NCBI RefSeq assembly: GCF_018977255.1
Contig: NW_024704742.1
Coordinates: 126,916,001 to 126,980,000, forward strand
DNA: 64,000 nucleotides
Origin: Callorhinchus milii
Lineage: Eukaryota
Direction of reading: 5' to 3'
Shown: positions 1 through 12,311 of the stretch, piece by piece
Position numbering within the stretch: the stretch's first letter is position 1
Layout: every line of letters begins with the position of its first letter
Translations under genes and position numbers: made by a program
The notes under the pieces: model-generated
The model's input: only the letters and a program-made list of their open reading frames with translations
Database searches by the model: none
Told to the model about the DNA's origin: nothing

Positions 1-224
1 TGAGATGCTATCCTGCATTAATAATAATCCTTGTATTTGATATGGTCTTCTAGATGTCTCAAAGCGCTTCACAGAAAATACTGTAAAGCAATTGACTATA
101 TTTTGTGGGCATTAAGGGCAATATATGACTTCAATTGATCTTGTTTACCTCTCTCCCAAGGAGGACAATCCAAGTTGGTCATTTCAACAGTGACGAGCAC
201 ATCTTTGAATAATAATTCAGTGAT

Positions 225-900
225 TTTTATAAAACACTGGTAAGGCCACCAATGTGGATGCTGTGTTCCGTTCTGGGCACCACACTAGTATATGTTTGTG
301 GGACACTGCTGTGCGCAATTGGCTGCTGCATTTCGCCCACAAATATATGGTCAATTCAGTTTTCAAGGCTGAGACTGATAGATTTTTTAAAAAATAGAGG
401 GATTAGGGGATAGGGCAGATAATTAGAGTTAGGTCAGAAGATCAGCCATGATCTTATCAAATGGCGGGGCAGACTCGAGGGGCTGAATGGCCTACTCCTG
501 CTCCTAATTTTTATGTTCTTATGTTCTTTACAGTATATTCTGTGAAGCACTTTGAGACGTCTAGAAGACATGAAAAAGCGCTATATCAAATGCAAGGATT
601 ATTATTATTATTTACCATGATGGTACCAGGAATGAGGTACATCAGTTATCAGAAGAGGCTAGAGAAGCTGGGATTATTCTCCTTACGAGCAGAGAAGGTT
701 AAGAGGAGACTTAATAGAAGTTTTCAAAATTATGAGGGAATTCGATAGGGTGAACAAGGAGAAACTATTTCCACTGGCGGGTGGGTCGGTAACCCGAGGA
801 CACTGATTTAAAATAGTTGTTAAAAGAAAGAGAGGGGAAGTGGGGAGAAATGTTTTCACACAGTGAGTTGTTTGGGTCTGGAATGCATTGTCTGAAAGGT
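225..900 (+). mobile_element. Old CR1 ORF2 3' fragment interrupted by a SINE 3' half (293-612), which is itself interrupted by a CR1 3' end (about 359-524)
   Basis: CR1 motif RLEKLGLFSL. The SINE sequence breaks at gtcaattca| and resumes at |ctttacagtatattc around a CR1 tail ending (ttatgttc)n. Confidence 0.8.
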
Positions 901-917
901 GGTGGAACCCGATTCGA

Positions 918-1180
918 TAACACTGGCCTGCGGTGTGAGACGATGGTGGAGTCAGGCAATATTGCGGAGGTTGTGGAAGTCAGAGCGGGTCATGGCACAG
1001 ATGTGGGGTAGAAAGGATAGTTGAGGGTCAAACAAGATGCCAAGGTTCTGGACTGGCTTAGTAAGGTGGAGTGTGTATCCTTGGATGGTAAGGCTGTCAG
1101 AGCCTGAGGTGTGGAGGCGCTGACAGGAGCCAATTAGGAGGGGATTCGTCTTGTTGATATTCAACTGAAGAAAGTTAACT
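918..1180 (-). mobile_element. L2 LINE ORF2 fragment
   Basis: ORF 952-1164 has VQNLGILFDPQLSFLPHI...FHNLRNIA, typical of the L2 RT C-terminus. Confidence 0.85.
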
Positions 1181-1924
1181 CAGAAAGTATCAGAAATTCC
1201 TTGCAAGCTTCCTGGTGAGCAACAGGCCGTGGTGGAATTTAAAAAGGAATTTTTAAAAATAATTAACTATTGAAGAGGCAGAATATAAATCAGTACAGGG
1301 AAAAAACGGAGAATTGGGATAAGACCAGTTAGCCTCAATGGAGAAACTGGCAGCAACACAGATTTGATGTGCTCTTCCACTGCTCCAATTTCCATGAATA
1401 TAAGAACACATGGATTGCTACACAAAAGAAGACCAAGGCCCATCCAGTTCGCCTTCCACCATCCTGGTAGTCGCGTGCACATGTCGTGTCCCAAACTCTA
1501 TACTGTATACCAAGATATTATTTCCTAAAAGAAATCTATCTGATTTGCTTTTGAAGGAACATTACTTTCTGCGTCCACCGTGTCCTTATGAATCTATTAA
1601 ATTATGTATTATGAGCAAAATAACTTTTAAACTAATACCAATGGCAGCAAACACCAGCTGGGTTTATACTGACTGCTCATGTCAGTGGGTTCTGGGTCAG
1701 TAGTTCAAGTGATCCACCCATTTTTTGAGCCCTGCCAGTACTTTGCTGCTGCTAGAATATAAAAAAGAATAATAGAAATTTGGCAGTGTCGTATTGTTCA
1801 TTTTCATTCACATTTCACAGAGCTAGTGGTGGAAATCCTAATTGTTGGTAATCACAGAATTGATAACAATTACTGTCTTTTTTCTCTGACCCTCAGTAGC
1901 TACGTTTTCTGATTTAACAGTATG

Positions 1925-2015
1925 TAATTACTATTATATAAAAAAATCATCGCCCACATAAAAGCAACAATATAATTACTATTATATAAAAAAATCATCT
2001 CCCACATAAAAGCAA
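1925..2015. repeat. Tandem duplication, 48-bp period
   Basis: taattactattatataaaaaaatcatc(g/t)cccacataaaagcaa starts at 1925 and again at 1973. Confidence 0.9.
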
Positions 2016-2118
2016 GTGTTCAAAAAACAAGTTTGCTGATGTAGCTACATTTACTTGTACCGTTATTTGATTTGCAAAAATCACAACTTTGAGGAGGGAT
2101 AAGTAAATTCACTATTTT

Positions 2119-2358
2119 CAACAAAAACAACAACAACAACAACAAGATTCCATTTATAAAGCGCCTTTCACGTCAGGAGGACGTCCCAAGGCGCTGCACA
2201 GTTGGGTCATGACCCGAGCAGTGGGGGAAATGGTCAGGGTGAGGGAAGGGAAGGGAGGGAGCGAGGAGGGGGGACATGGTCAGGGTGAGGGGAGGGAAGG
2301 GAGGGAGCGAGGAGGGGGAAGAGAGTCGAGAGGGGAGCTGAAGGCACGGTCAAAGAGA
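2119..2358 (-). mobile_element. Young L2 3' end with (TTG)n tail
   Basis: Nearly identical to the 3' ends of the ORF-bearing copies at 16757, 33999 and 41128. Confidence 0.85.
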
Positions 2359-2750
2359 ACAACTTGTATTTTATAACGCCCTTCACATAAGGAATGGCGA
2401 AGCACTCGGGTTCTGCTAACAGTCGTGTCTATTACAAACCATCTGTAAATGCAGGTGCACTATGAGCTACACGAGAGAAATGAACATCCACGTTAATCAG
2501 AATGGGCCCCATTGCAGATAATTGAACATCATAAAAAACACTAATTGGTTACAATGTTGGCTGCAGGTTCAGACTATTCACCCCCACCCCTTGGCTTTTC
2601 TCTCTGAGGAAGAAATTCCACCTGGATTTACTCAGTTTATGTAGCATTTCAGAATGTGTAGAATTTGGCAAATTAACTCTCGCATTCAATTTTGCATTCC
2701 TCACTTCAACTCTTAAAAAAAAGTGCAGAAAACCTGCTTCAAGGTTACAT

Positions 2751-3111
2751 TAATAGTAATAATCCTTGCATTTGAAATTGCGCCTTATCGCGTTGTTGAG
2801 CCGTCTCAAAGAGCTTCACAGAATATACTGTGAAGTGAATTAATTGTGTATTCGAGGGCGAAAGTGGCAGCCAATTGCGCATAGATAGCAGTGTCCCACA
2901 AAGTCGTGGATTGAGTGACCAATTTTTTATTAAGGGATTATTGCCCCCAGAAAGTGATCCACCATTCGAGTAACAACCGGGTCCTATTTACAGGTAGCTG
3001 AACAGGGGCATGTGGTGTAAGGAAACTTGTCTAAGGTTTCATCCCACCCGGGAATCAAACCCGGGTCCTCTCACTTGCGAGGCAAGCATGCTAACCACTG
3101 CACTATGGGAC
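2751..3111 (-). mobile_element. tRNA-derived SINE, long subfamily
   Basis: tRNA-like head at about 3040-3111, extra central segment, Deu-like 3' body and (ATT)n tail. Confidence 0.8.
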
Positions 3112-3728
3112 GTTAAATCTGCATTTAAGAAGTTATCCAATTCTGGACGTTCGGAAATGTGAGAGTAAATCTAGGAATTTCCTCCAACCCAAAATCTCTT
3201 TCTGCCTTTTTCTCTCTCTCGTCCTCATCATGTGCAGAAGTCCGTGTGCAGAGGAAGAGCAAGTGTCCTGAATTATGTAATTAAAAGTGAAGTAAAAGGA
3301 TTTACTATGTAATCAATACTTTTCATTACTGTAGAATTAAGGGCACCTGTAATTTCCATTATTCTATGAAAAAGCACTTGGGACATCCCACTGACATGAA
3401 AGGTGCAAACGAGATGTTAGAATTATTTTTATTAGCATACACTATTGTTGACATACACTTTAACAGGCTGCAATATCTTAGGCAGCTGAATGTTCAACTC
3501 CAGAAATCGAAAAGCATGACTGAGTTCTAGGGATATCTGCTACTCAGACACCTGCTTCACCTGAGTGAGCTCAGGCTGATCTCAGGCCACTTTGTCAGAG
3601 CTCACATGAAAAAAAATATAGTGTTCCAAAATGGTCTTGTGCTGCACTCATGAGAGGATTGAAATCTCCAATCTATCTTCTGCAAATTGGTACAAAGACT
3701 TTTAGAACGAGTGGGAGGCCAAACGTAC

Positions 3729-3846
3729 CTCCTCAGACTGCCGAATGGACTTCAGTGGTATCCAGACGTTGCCCACCATCGTGTCCCAGATTAGCCCTTT
3801 GTTCCACACCTCCACAATCAAGCCAAGGTCCAGCCGATTGATTTCA
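3729..3846 (-). CDS. UNC13B: Internal coding exon of Munc13/UNC13 (C2A domain, equivalent to mammalian exon 4)
   Basis: Minus strand: ttgctttcctgcag|TGAAATC...GAGGAG|gtacgt, 118 nt, phase 2 to phase 0. Translates (F)[39 protein letters not shown] and joins the 49431-49530 exon in frame (TT|T = Phe). Confidence 0.95.
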
Positions 3847-4811
3847 CTGCAGGAAAGCAAAGTTACAAAACATCAGTCCCTTGTTCAGTTTGTCATCACA
3901 TGATAAGTGTCGATACACAAATAAACTATTTGGTACAGAGTTAACCATCGCCAACATTCATTCTTAGTGACCGAAACTATTTTGATTCCAGTCTATTCTA
4001 ATATTGACTGAGTCTATTATTCAGTCCATTTTATAGAATTATAATTAAACTTAAACAATATGCTTTGAAATGTTTTGACATGAAAAGGCACAATCCAAAA
4101 TACATTTTTTTATTTTTATTTAGCAGTTTGAAATGTTCAAGGTGGATCTGCATCAGAACACTTTGTACAACTCGTAGTTTGGAATTATGAATATATTGGA
4201 ATTTCACATCAAGAGCAATGTTATTTTAGTTTTTATGTCTTTTAGGATAACAATGCTGAAACAATTAAATCATCTCCTATTATTTCAACAATTCATGATA
4301 GCAAAAAATACAAAAATCAAATCATATAAACAAAATACAATAACTCTACATTAGCTAATAGCTTTTGGCATCCTTTCCAGTGAAAACTGGCTGGCTTAAT
4401 TCCGATCCCAAAGTGGTTTGAAGCGCTCTGAGACACTACACCATGTGAAGGGCACTATATAAATGCAGGTTGCTGTAAATGCAAGTAGTTGTTCCATAAT
4501 TATAAATTATAAAATCTCTCCCTCGTCATTTCTAAAAAAAAAGCATGAGCACAGTGAACAAGATAAGGGAGGATGTATGAAGAAATTCCTTTCTGATCTT
4601 ATCATCTAAAACACCAATCCTATCTTTGTTCAATTCCAGCATTAAGTCATTTCTTAAATGAGTCCATGAGAGATGTCAAAGTCTTCAAAATGTACACCCA
4701 CAGGCTATTTAAGTTGTCCTGTGATTGCAGACCTCGAGGACATGAGGAAAAAAAGACTGCTTATAAGAGGAAGAAACAGTAGAAAATTCAGATATGTGTG
4801 TGTGTATGTGC

Positions 4812-4842
<31 letters not shown>

Positions 4843-6177
4843 GAAACTGGCACCAAACAAAAGCAGTTACCAAGTGTTGATTAATTCCTGAAAACTATTA
4901 GAGGGAGGATAGGCCAAGACTCACACTTAGTGGAATATGATGGATCGTGAGTTACAAGGATAATAAAAGAACCCAATATGAATAATGCAGGATGTAAGAA
5001 TGAAGATATTCTAGATATTCACTCCATTACATCTGACAGTCAGGGAGAAATATTCCAAAACCGTTCCGCATTAGATGAAGCACGTGGCATTCCTAATGGA
5101 GCAAATTATTCACATCTATGGGAAAAACAGATTTAGGGGGTCTTTTATTCCCGATCTTTGTGATGTTCAATTAAGTGTCCAAGTTGTCAGCAACAGGCAG
5201 GAAAATAAATACTGTCCACATCACTATGGTTCTTTTCAGTACTTTGCTGAACAGAACAAAAAAGAGCAAAAAAGACGACATGTTGAGTTGGGAGCTGACA
5301 TACCAATTTGTTCAAAATGAGCTACCACAAGTATCTTAATACTTAATATTAAGATATAATATACAGATAAAACATTTGATTGCTTTGAATTGAGGTACAT
5401 GATGTATATTTTGGCTGGTTTTCAGCAATGACTAGCAGTCATCGAAAAACTCCAGGTTGCTATACAGCTGAGGAGTCTTGTCTGCTTAGCAGTGTGGCAT
5501 ATCATTAATAATCACAAAGATGGTGTTCAACTACTAACTGAGCTTAATTCGCTGGAACAAGTTATGCCAACCACAACATTCTGAACTGGTATTCAAATGA
5601 CAAGTCCTAATCACGTGAAAAGTATAGATGTGTATCAGAAGGAATTATGAAGCTTTCAATTATGCAAAATATATGAAATTAATTTGGGCACGCTGAGAAT
5701 ATGGTTACACAGTAAATCAGTTAAATCAGTTACACCTAACCAATTTCAAAATGTTCCAAATACATAAAAAGACACATTTGACCTCCATTATACCGTGGGT
5801 CCAGACACAATTCAATTCACGACTGTTTGTGTGTCACTGCTGTATGCAATTGATGCCGCATTTTGCTCATAAAACTATACAGTCAATCCACTTTACAGAA
5901 TGTTCTATGAAGTACTTTGAGACGTCTCGAAGAGGTGATAAGGCACGATATCAAATGCAAGGATTATTATCATTATTACTATTATTAGGTGTACCATGGT
6001 ATTTAAAATACACTTTCAGCCTGGCTGGCTTCCAACATTAATTATGCACAATGCCTCCTGGTATCTGCAACATCCCAGCTGCCACTGAAAAGGCTCATGA
6101 GAATGGTCACCCCCTGACTGGCCAGCTTTCCATGTGTTTGTGTGCACAGTGACTTCAGCTGTAACCTGACAACTCAG

Positions 6178-6786
6178 CAGGAAAGACAAGATAGCTTAGG
6201 GTTTTTTAGCCTGGAGATGAGACGATTGAAAGAGGATGTGATAAAGGTGTTCAAAATGATGAAGGGGTTGATAAGGTGAACATAAATAGTCTGCTTCCAC
6301 TTGTTGGCGACTCCAATTCCACCATTCTATTAGATCTTAGCTGATCATAAAATCATAGAATATTACGGTATAGAAGGAGGCAATTCGGTCCATCGTGCCT
6401 GTGCCGGCTCGTTGGAAAAGCTATCCAATCAGTGCCAATCTCACACTTTTTCCACACACCCCTGCAAATTTTTCTGATCAAAATGAAGCAACATTAATTT
6501 TGTATAAAACCTCGGTGAGACCTAATTTAGAATACTGTGTGCAATCCTGGTCAATAGATTATATGGAAGATATTGTGGCAATGGAGATAGAGCAGCGTAG
6601 ATTTACGAGAATGTTATCATGAATGAGAGAACATGGATAGTGGGAAAGGCAAGATAGCTTAGAGATTTTTTGCCTGGAGATGAGGCGATTGCGAGAGGAT
6701 GAGATAGAGGTGTTCAAATGTTCAAAATTATGAAGGGGTTGATCAGCTAACATAAATAGACTGTTTCCACTTATTGGCAACTCCAA
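6178..6786 (+). mobile_element. CR1 ORF2 fragments, including a locally duplicated segment
   Basis: LYKTSVRPNLEYCVQSWS motif; 6178-6316 resembles 6640-6786. Confidence 0.75.
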
Positions 6787-7270
6787 CAACAACAACAAAT
6801 TACACTTGTATAGCACCCTTCATGTCAGAAAGACTTCCCAGGGCTCTGGACAGTCAGGGTTTTTTGGACCCGAGCTGGGAGTTGGGGTCAGGAGGGGTGG
6901 AGGGCAGGGGGGTGGGAGGGGGGGCCGAAGGCACAGTTGGAGAAGAAAGTTTTTAGACAGGATTTGAAGGAGGCAAGGGAGAGGGTGCGGCAGAAGGATT
7001 GTGGGATAGAGTTCCAGAGTGTGGGGGCACAGATGCTGATTGCCCAACTGCCAATGGTGGGGCGGGAAATGCGGGGGACCTGAAGGTCCATGTCCGCTGA
7101 GCGGATGGAACGGACAGACTGATATGGGGTTAGGGGGTCGCAGAGGTTGGGAGGAGCAAGACCGTGGAGGAATTTGAAGCTGAGAACGAGTGTTTTGTAC
7201 TCGATTCACTGAGGGCTGGGAAGCCAGTGAAGCCGCGCTGCAGAGTTTTGAATAATCTGCAGCTTGTGGA
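6784..7270 (-). mobile_element. L2 3' fragment inserted in a CR1 (the CR1 resumes near 7400-7680)
   Basis: RPTIGSWAISICAPTLWNSIPQSF...SLASFKSCLKTFF and a (TTG)n tail. Confidence 0.85.
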
Positions 7271-8853
7271 GGGAAGAGCCCCGAGGGATGCCACATGTGA
7301 CAATACGGGGGCTTGAGGAGAAGCCATTGGTGGACACGAAGTGCAGACGGTGGGAAAGGTAGGATTGGAACCAGGCAAGGACAGATAAAGGGGCACAAAT
7401 ATAAGACAGCCACTAACTGATCAAAAACAGTTTAAGAGGAACTTCTCTACAAAGAGGGTGGTGAGAATGTAGAACCCATTGTGATTGAAGCAGAAAGTAT
7501 CAAAGCATTTAAGTAGAACCTTTATAATAATAATAATATAATATGTACAAATAAGAAATAAAGGAATAGAGGAGAATGAGGAATGGGGGAAAGAGAGGAA
7601 ATTAAGATGGCAGGAGGCTCATGTGGATTATAAAACAGTTGAGCTAAATGGACCATTTTGGTGCTGTAGATTCCCTATAATTTTATGTAAGAAAATAGAG
7701 TCTAGACCAAAGTGGAATTTCTCTCCCATAGTAAGCAAATTCCATCATATTACACCTTACTCGGTCACTGTGTTAAACACTGACGCTGACCCAGTTTTAC
7801 ACACATCGACAACACTAACAGAAAATATCACTTTACACAACACAAATCTCTATTGTACATCAATCAAAACAAGTTGACAGTCATACTACTTTGGTTTCCA
7901 GTTCTGACCTCCACTTCCTTTGCAAATATAACTAACACCACAAGAATTCATTTCAGTAATTCAAAGAATTTGTAATATTAGCTAAGTTAGGCACTGTGTA
8001 TAATTTACATTCTCTTTATATGCTTCAAGTCTCAAAATTGTATTTTAATATTATGACTAACTCAGAAATTTGGTTTAAAATAACTTAATATTAGCATTTG
8101 CACTTAGGAACAGTGAACATGCAGAATGTACCCCTCAGAGTGAAAGAGGCAGCTTGCAACAGCCCATACAAGAGGAAATTGGATATTTGGCAATAATTCA
8201 ACTGAAGCTAAGTGTAGAGTTTTTTTTAAGTCTTGTCTTGTATATTCCTAAACTTGTCCTATAATAATAAAGACAAGTCTAATTCTCAACTTCAAACCTA
8301 TAATTAACTAACTGTGCAAGGAAACAACTCACTGAACGTTGCTGATCTGCACAGTTACGGAATCTCCAAAAAACAGCATCTAAATCTTTGAAAAAAAGTT
8401 CATAGATGGTTGGATCAGATACTCAGAGAATATGAACAATGCAGAAGGCTTGATGGGCTGGATTTCCTAACATCTAAACGCCCTTTGGGCTGCAGTGGTC
8501 TATTGCCACATTCATCTTTCACTTGCCTTTTCCAAAACGAAGCTAATAAAGCACATAATAAGACAGGGAATCAGGATTAACAAAAGACAGCAAACATTAA
8601 AAAGACATACAAGAAAATCTAACCCAATTTGATAAAAGGATGAAAAACAAAGAATAAGATAAAGATAAAAATACAAGACATAAAGTAATTCAAGACAACA
8701 CATGCAATTGATGGAACAACAAGGTAACAGTGAGAGTTTAAGCTTCGATTGCTGACTCCTATTATGATGTTTGCCCTTCAGTCAGATAAGCAAACTGACC
8801 TGATGGCTCGACATCCTTTCACCAACAGTGCTGCAAAGAGCTGGCTGCACAGT

Positions 8854-8870
8854 GCTACACCTAGTGGTCA
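8854..8870 (-). promoter_or_regulatory. Candidate CTCF motif
   Basis: The minus strand reads TGACCACTAGGTGTAGC, close to the CTCF core consensus, in non-repetitive DNA. Motif match only. Confidence 0.35.
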
Positions 8871-8959
8871 TATAAAGGAATCACAGCTGAAAGAAAGTAT
8901 TGACTAAGTTCATGTCAGAGAAAACTGCAATTTAGGTTAGCAGCTGCTTGGATTAGCAG

Positions 8960-9390
8960 CAAGAACAACAACTTGCATTTATATAGTGCCCTTCACACGG
9001 GATGGCGTCCCAAAGCGCTTGATAGTGGCAGAGTCTGACCCTGAGCCAGGCGGAGAAGGAGGGGGGAGGTGACCATAAGCATGATCAAAAAGGAAGGTCT
9101 TTAGGCGAGATTTGAAAATGGGGAATGAGGGGGCAAGCCGGAGGGATTGAGGGAGAGAGTTCCAGAGTTTTGGTGGAGCTGAGAGCAAGAGGGACGACCA
9201 GGAGGCCGGAACCAGCCAAGCGGAGGCAGAGTGGGGGGTAATTAGATTGGAAAGATAGGGAGGTGCGAGGGCATGAAGGGATTTGAAAAAGAGTGAGAGG
9301 ATCTCAAAATTGATCCGTTGAATAATTGGGAGCCAGTGGAGCCTGACAAGGACTGATGTGATGGGGGTACAGAATTTTGTGCAGATTAGC
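8960..9390 (-). mobile_element. L2 3' fragment
   Basis: ORF 8979-9464: ITSVLVRLHWLPIIQRINFEIL...PKLWNSLPQSLRLAPSFPIFKSRLKTFLF. Confidence 0.85.
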
Positions 9391-10055
9391 AATGAACACC
9401 TCTTTGACAAGAAGTCCCAGGCTGCTCTATTCTTGCCATAGACAAGAAATTGCATTGGTTTCAAAGGTCATTTTTAACTTTGAAGCTTTGTAGTTTAACA
9501 GAAGTCAATATTTTAGTTCATTTCCTCCCTCTAAACAATACAGCATTTCAGCTGTCCATCTGTAATTCAACATGTGTTTTATTCCTGTCAATGTCTGGAT
9601 GTCTCATCACAAAATCTGTGGTGAGTGTGTAAAAATCAAATCAAACTACACCTTTTTATGCAATGTGTATACCCAGGATATACCGTAAGAGAAATGTGAT
9701 ACTTATTACTACATGATTGTTCTTATTTTCATATCCAGCACCTGATAAACTGCCTTTGTCTTGTCACTGATGGTCCTGACACTAAATTACATGCTACATT
9801 TATTTTTGTACTGAAGGATTACTTTCCAATAAATCTCTGACACTGCTTAAACAGAAAATCATTAGATTTGATGAAAATTATAAGCGCCTTTCATCGGGAC
9901 ACTTTGCAGCTCAGAATTCAATTTAAAGCAGGGCATCCAATGCTGCCCACCTAAAGCAAAAATAAAGAATTTCCTGGGATATCATATCCATATTCCAGCT
10001 GTGCAAACCGTGTAACCATAAGATCTTGTATAAGCAAAGTTTTTTTTGTTTAACA

Positions 10056-11378
10056 GGGTTTAGTACCTCAAGGTTCCATCCTCGGCCACCTTCTTTCCCT
10101 CACTTACATGCTCCCGCTTGACGACGATGTCATCCACAGACATGGGGTAAACTCCCACACACATGCAGATGACCCAAATTTACTTCTCATCCAGCTGTGA
10201 TTCCGGGTCCGATGATAATCTGTTAGCTTGTTGGTTGAACATCAAAGCCTAAATGAGCAAAACTTCCTGTAGCTAAAAGTCGACAACAGAATCCATACTC
10301 CTTGGCTTCCATTAACGTCTTCTCTCCTATGGCTCTGACCTTCTCAACCTCCCTAGACTTTCCCTAATATTTACTGAACCTGACGCCAAGTTTGCACACA
10401 GGTTCAATCCCTAGCTGTGTTTCCTACCCCACATCCTGACCAGGATCGCTTTCCTCCACCTCAGTCATATTACCAGCCTTCAACAGTACCTCACACCCAA
10501 CGCAGGCAAAACCCTCGTCCACGCGTTTGTCACCTCCCGCCTCGACTATTCCAATGCCCTCCTCACTGGTCTCCCCAGCACCACAATCCACAAAATACAA
10601 CTAATTCCGCACTCCGTCGCTTCTATACTTACTAGATCTAAAGTCCATACCCCCATCGACCCAGTCCTCGCCAGGTTCCACTGGCTCCCTATCACAGAAC
10701 TGATCAACTTCAAGATCCTCACACTCGTCACACACAAATCCCTTCATGTGGAGTCCTGTAGCTCAGTGGTTAGAGCACTCGCTTTGCAAGTGAGAGACCT
10801 GAGTTCAATTCCAGGCAGGGCGAAACCTTGGGCAAGTTTCCTTACTCCACACGCCTAATAATAATCCCTTCAAAAAACAAAACAATAATAAATTGGTCAT
10901 TTTCAATCTACGACTGTTTGTGGGACATTGCTGTGCGCAATTGACTGCCGCGTTCGCCCACAAATATACAGTCAATTCACTTCACAGTGTGTTCTGTGAA
11001 GCGCTTTGGGATGTCCTCCCGACGTGAAAAGCGCTATATCAAATGCAAGGATTATTATTATTATTATTATTATTCATGTCCCCACTCCACCACTGCCACC
11101 TCCGCTTGGGATGAATCTGTCCTACTGCTTGTCCTTTGACTCCTCCGCTCCACCATTGGTAGCCGTGCTTTCAGTCACGATGCCCCGAAACTCTCTCCAT
11201 CAATCACTTCACCTTGCTTCTCCTTCCCCTTTTTCAGATCACACCTGAAGATCTTCGTCTTCGACAATGCTTACGGTCACTTCCTCCCTCCCAGCTTGCT
11301 ATCAGGCTCTGGCACTTACGGCACTCCGAGACATTACCCCCCGTGTGAAGTGTGCTTTATAAATGCAAGTTGTTGTTG
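10056..11378 (+). mobile_element. Decayed L2 ORF2 (RT to 3' end) split by a SINE
   Basis: GVPQGSILG-like segment at about 10060, HAFVTSRLDYSN-like segment at about 10520, and a (TTG)n tail at about 11370. Confidence 0.85.
10750..11072 (+). mobile_element. Full-length tRNA-Ala-derived SINE, short subfamily, with 7-bp TSD
   Basis: A box TAGCTCAGTGG, TGC anticodon, B box GTTCAATTCC, (ATT)n tail; TTCATGT at 10743-10749 and 11073-11079. Confidence 0.92.
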
Positions 11379-11449
11379 TAATTATAATCCTCTAGCTTTT
11401 TTGGGGAGGAAGATAAGACAACTGCCATTACTTGCAGCTCAAGATATAA

Positions 11450-11678
11450 ACCTTGGGCAAGTTTCCTTGCTCCACATGCCTGATAATAATCCCTCAAGAA
11501 AAAAAACAATAAATTAGTCACTTCAATCCACGACTGTTTGTGGGACACTGCTGTGCGCAATTGGCTGCCACGTTTCGCTCACAAATATAGTCAATTCACT
11601 CTACAGTATATTCTGTGAAGCGCTTTGAGACGTCTAGAAGACATGAAAAGCACTATATGAAATGCAAGGATTATTACT
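11450..11678 (+). mobile_element. 5'-truncated SINE
   Basis: Matches the SINE body from ccttgggcaag onward. Confidence 0.85.
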
Positions 11679-12311
11679 CCTGGAAAAGTGATCTGCCAAT
11701 CGACTAATAACCAGGTTCCTACTTATTATAATATATAGTACTATAATAATGATTGTTATGGTATATGGATGCATACCTTACTGTGCATATGGATTTATAT
11801 TATAGCAAGAAAAACAGACCGGTAATTATTTCTATGTATTTGCATAAGATAAACATATGCACAATTAATACCTTGCATTGTATGCAGTTTTGCACATTAC
11901 ATTGGATATATCATGCATTACTTTTCATATGCTTGAGGACAGAATTTAGGCAGTACAACTGAGGTTCCATCAGTTCATATGGTCATAAACAGTTTTGTTT
12001 ATGTTAATAGAATATTAAAAACAAACTAAAGCCTTCATTTAAAATACAACCCCCAAAAACATCCTTTGTAATTTGGTTGAATGTGAAGTTTACCCTTTTA
12101 TAGCCCTCACTTTACTGTCTTCTGAGCTCCATACTATTTCCATTTACCGGAAACTCAAAATAATGAAATAAATAAAACATTTTCCACTTCCTTGTCAATA
12201 TGCAGATCGCCATCAATGTTACTCTACCAGAATGGGTATTGGCACCTCGTCAATGTGTGAAATTAATGTTTTCATGAATAAACAAAACTGTTAATATTCC
12301 AATGATGATAG

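Noticed and set aside
3650..3841. 63-aa plus-strand ORF
   Set aside because: Antisense shadow of the UNC13 exon.
5332..5356. 10-bp AT-rich inverted repeat
   Set aside because: Expected by chance in AT-rich DNA.
10750..10825. tRNA-Ala-like sequences (also at 14603, 26058, 40640 and others)
   Set aside because: They are SINE heads: poor acceptor stem, and always followed by the SINE body. Not tRNA genes.
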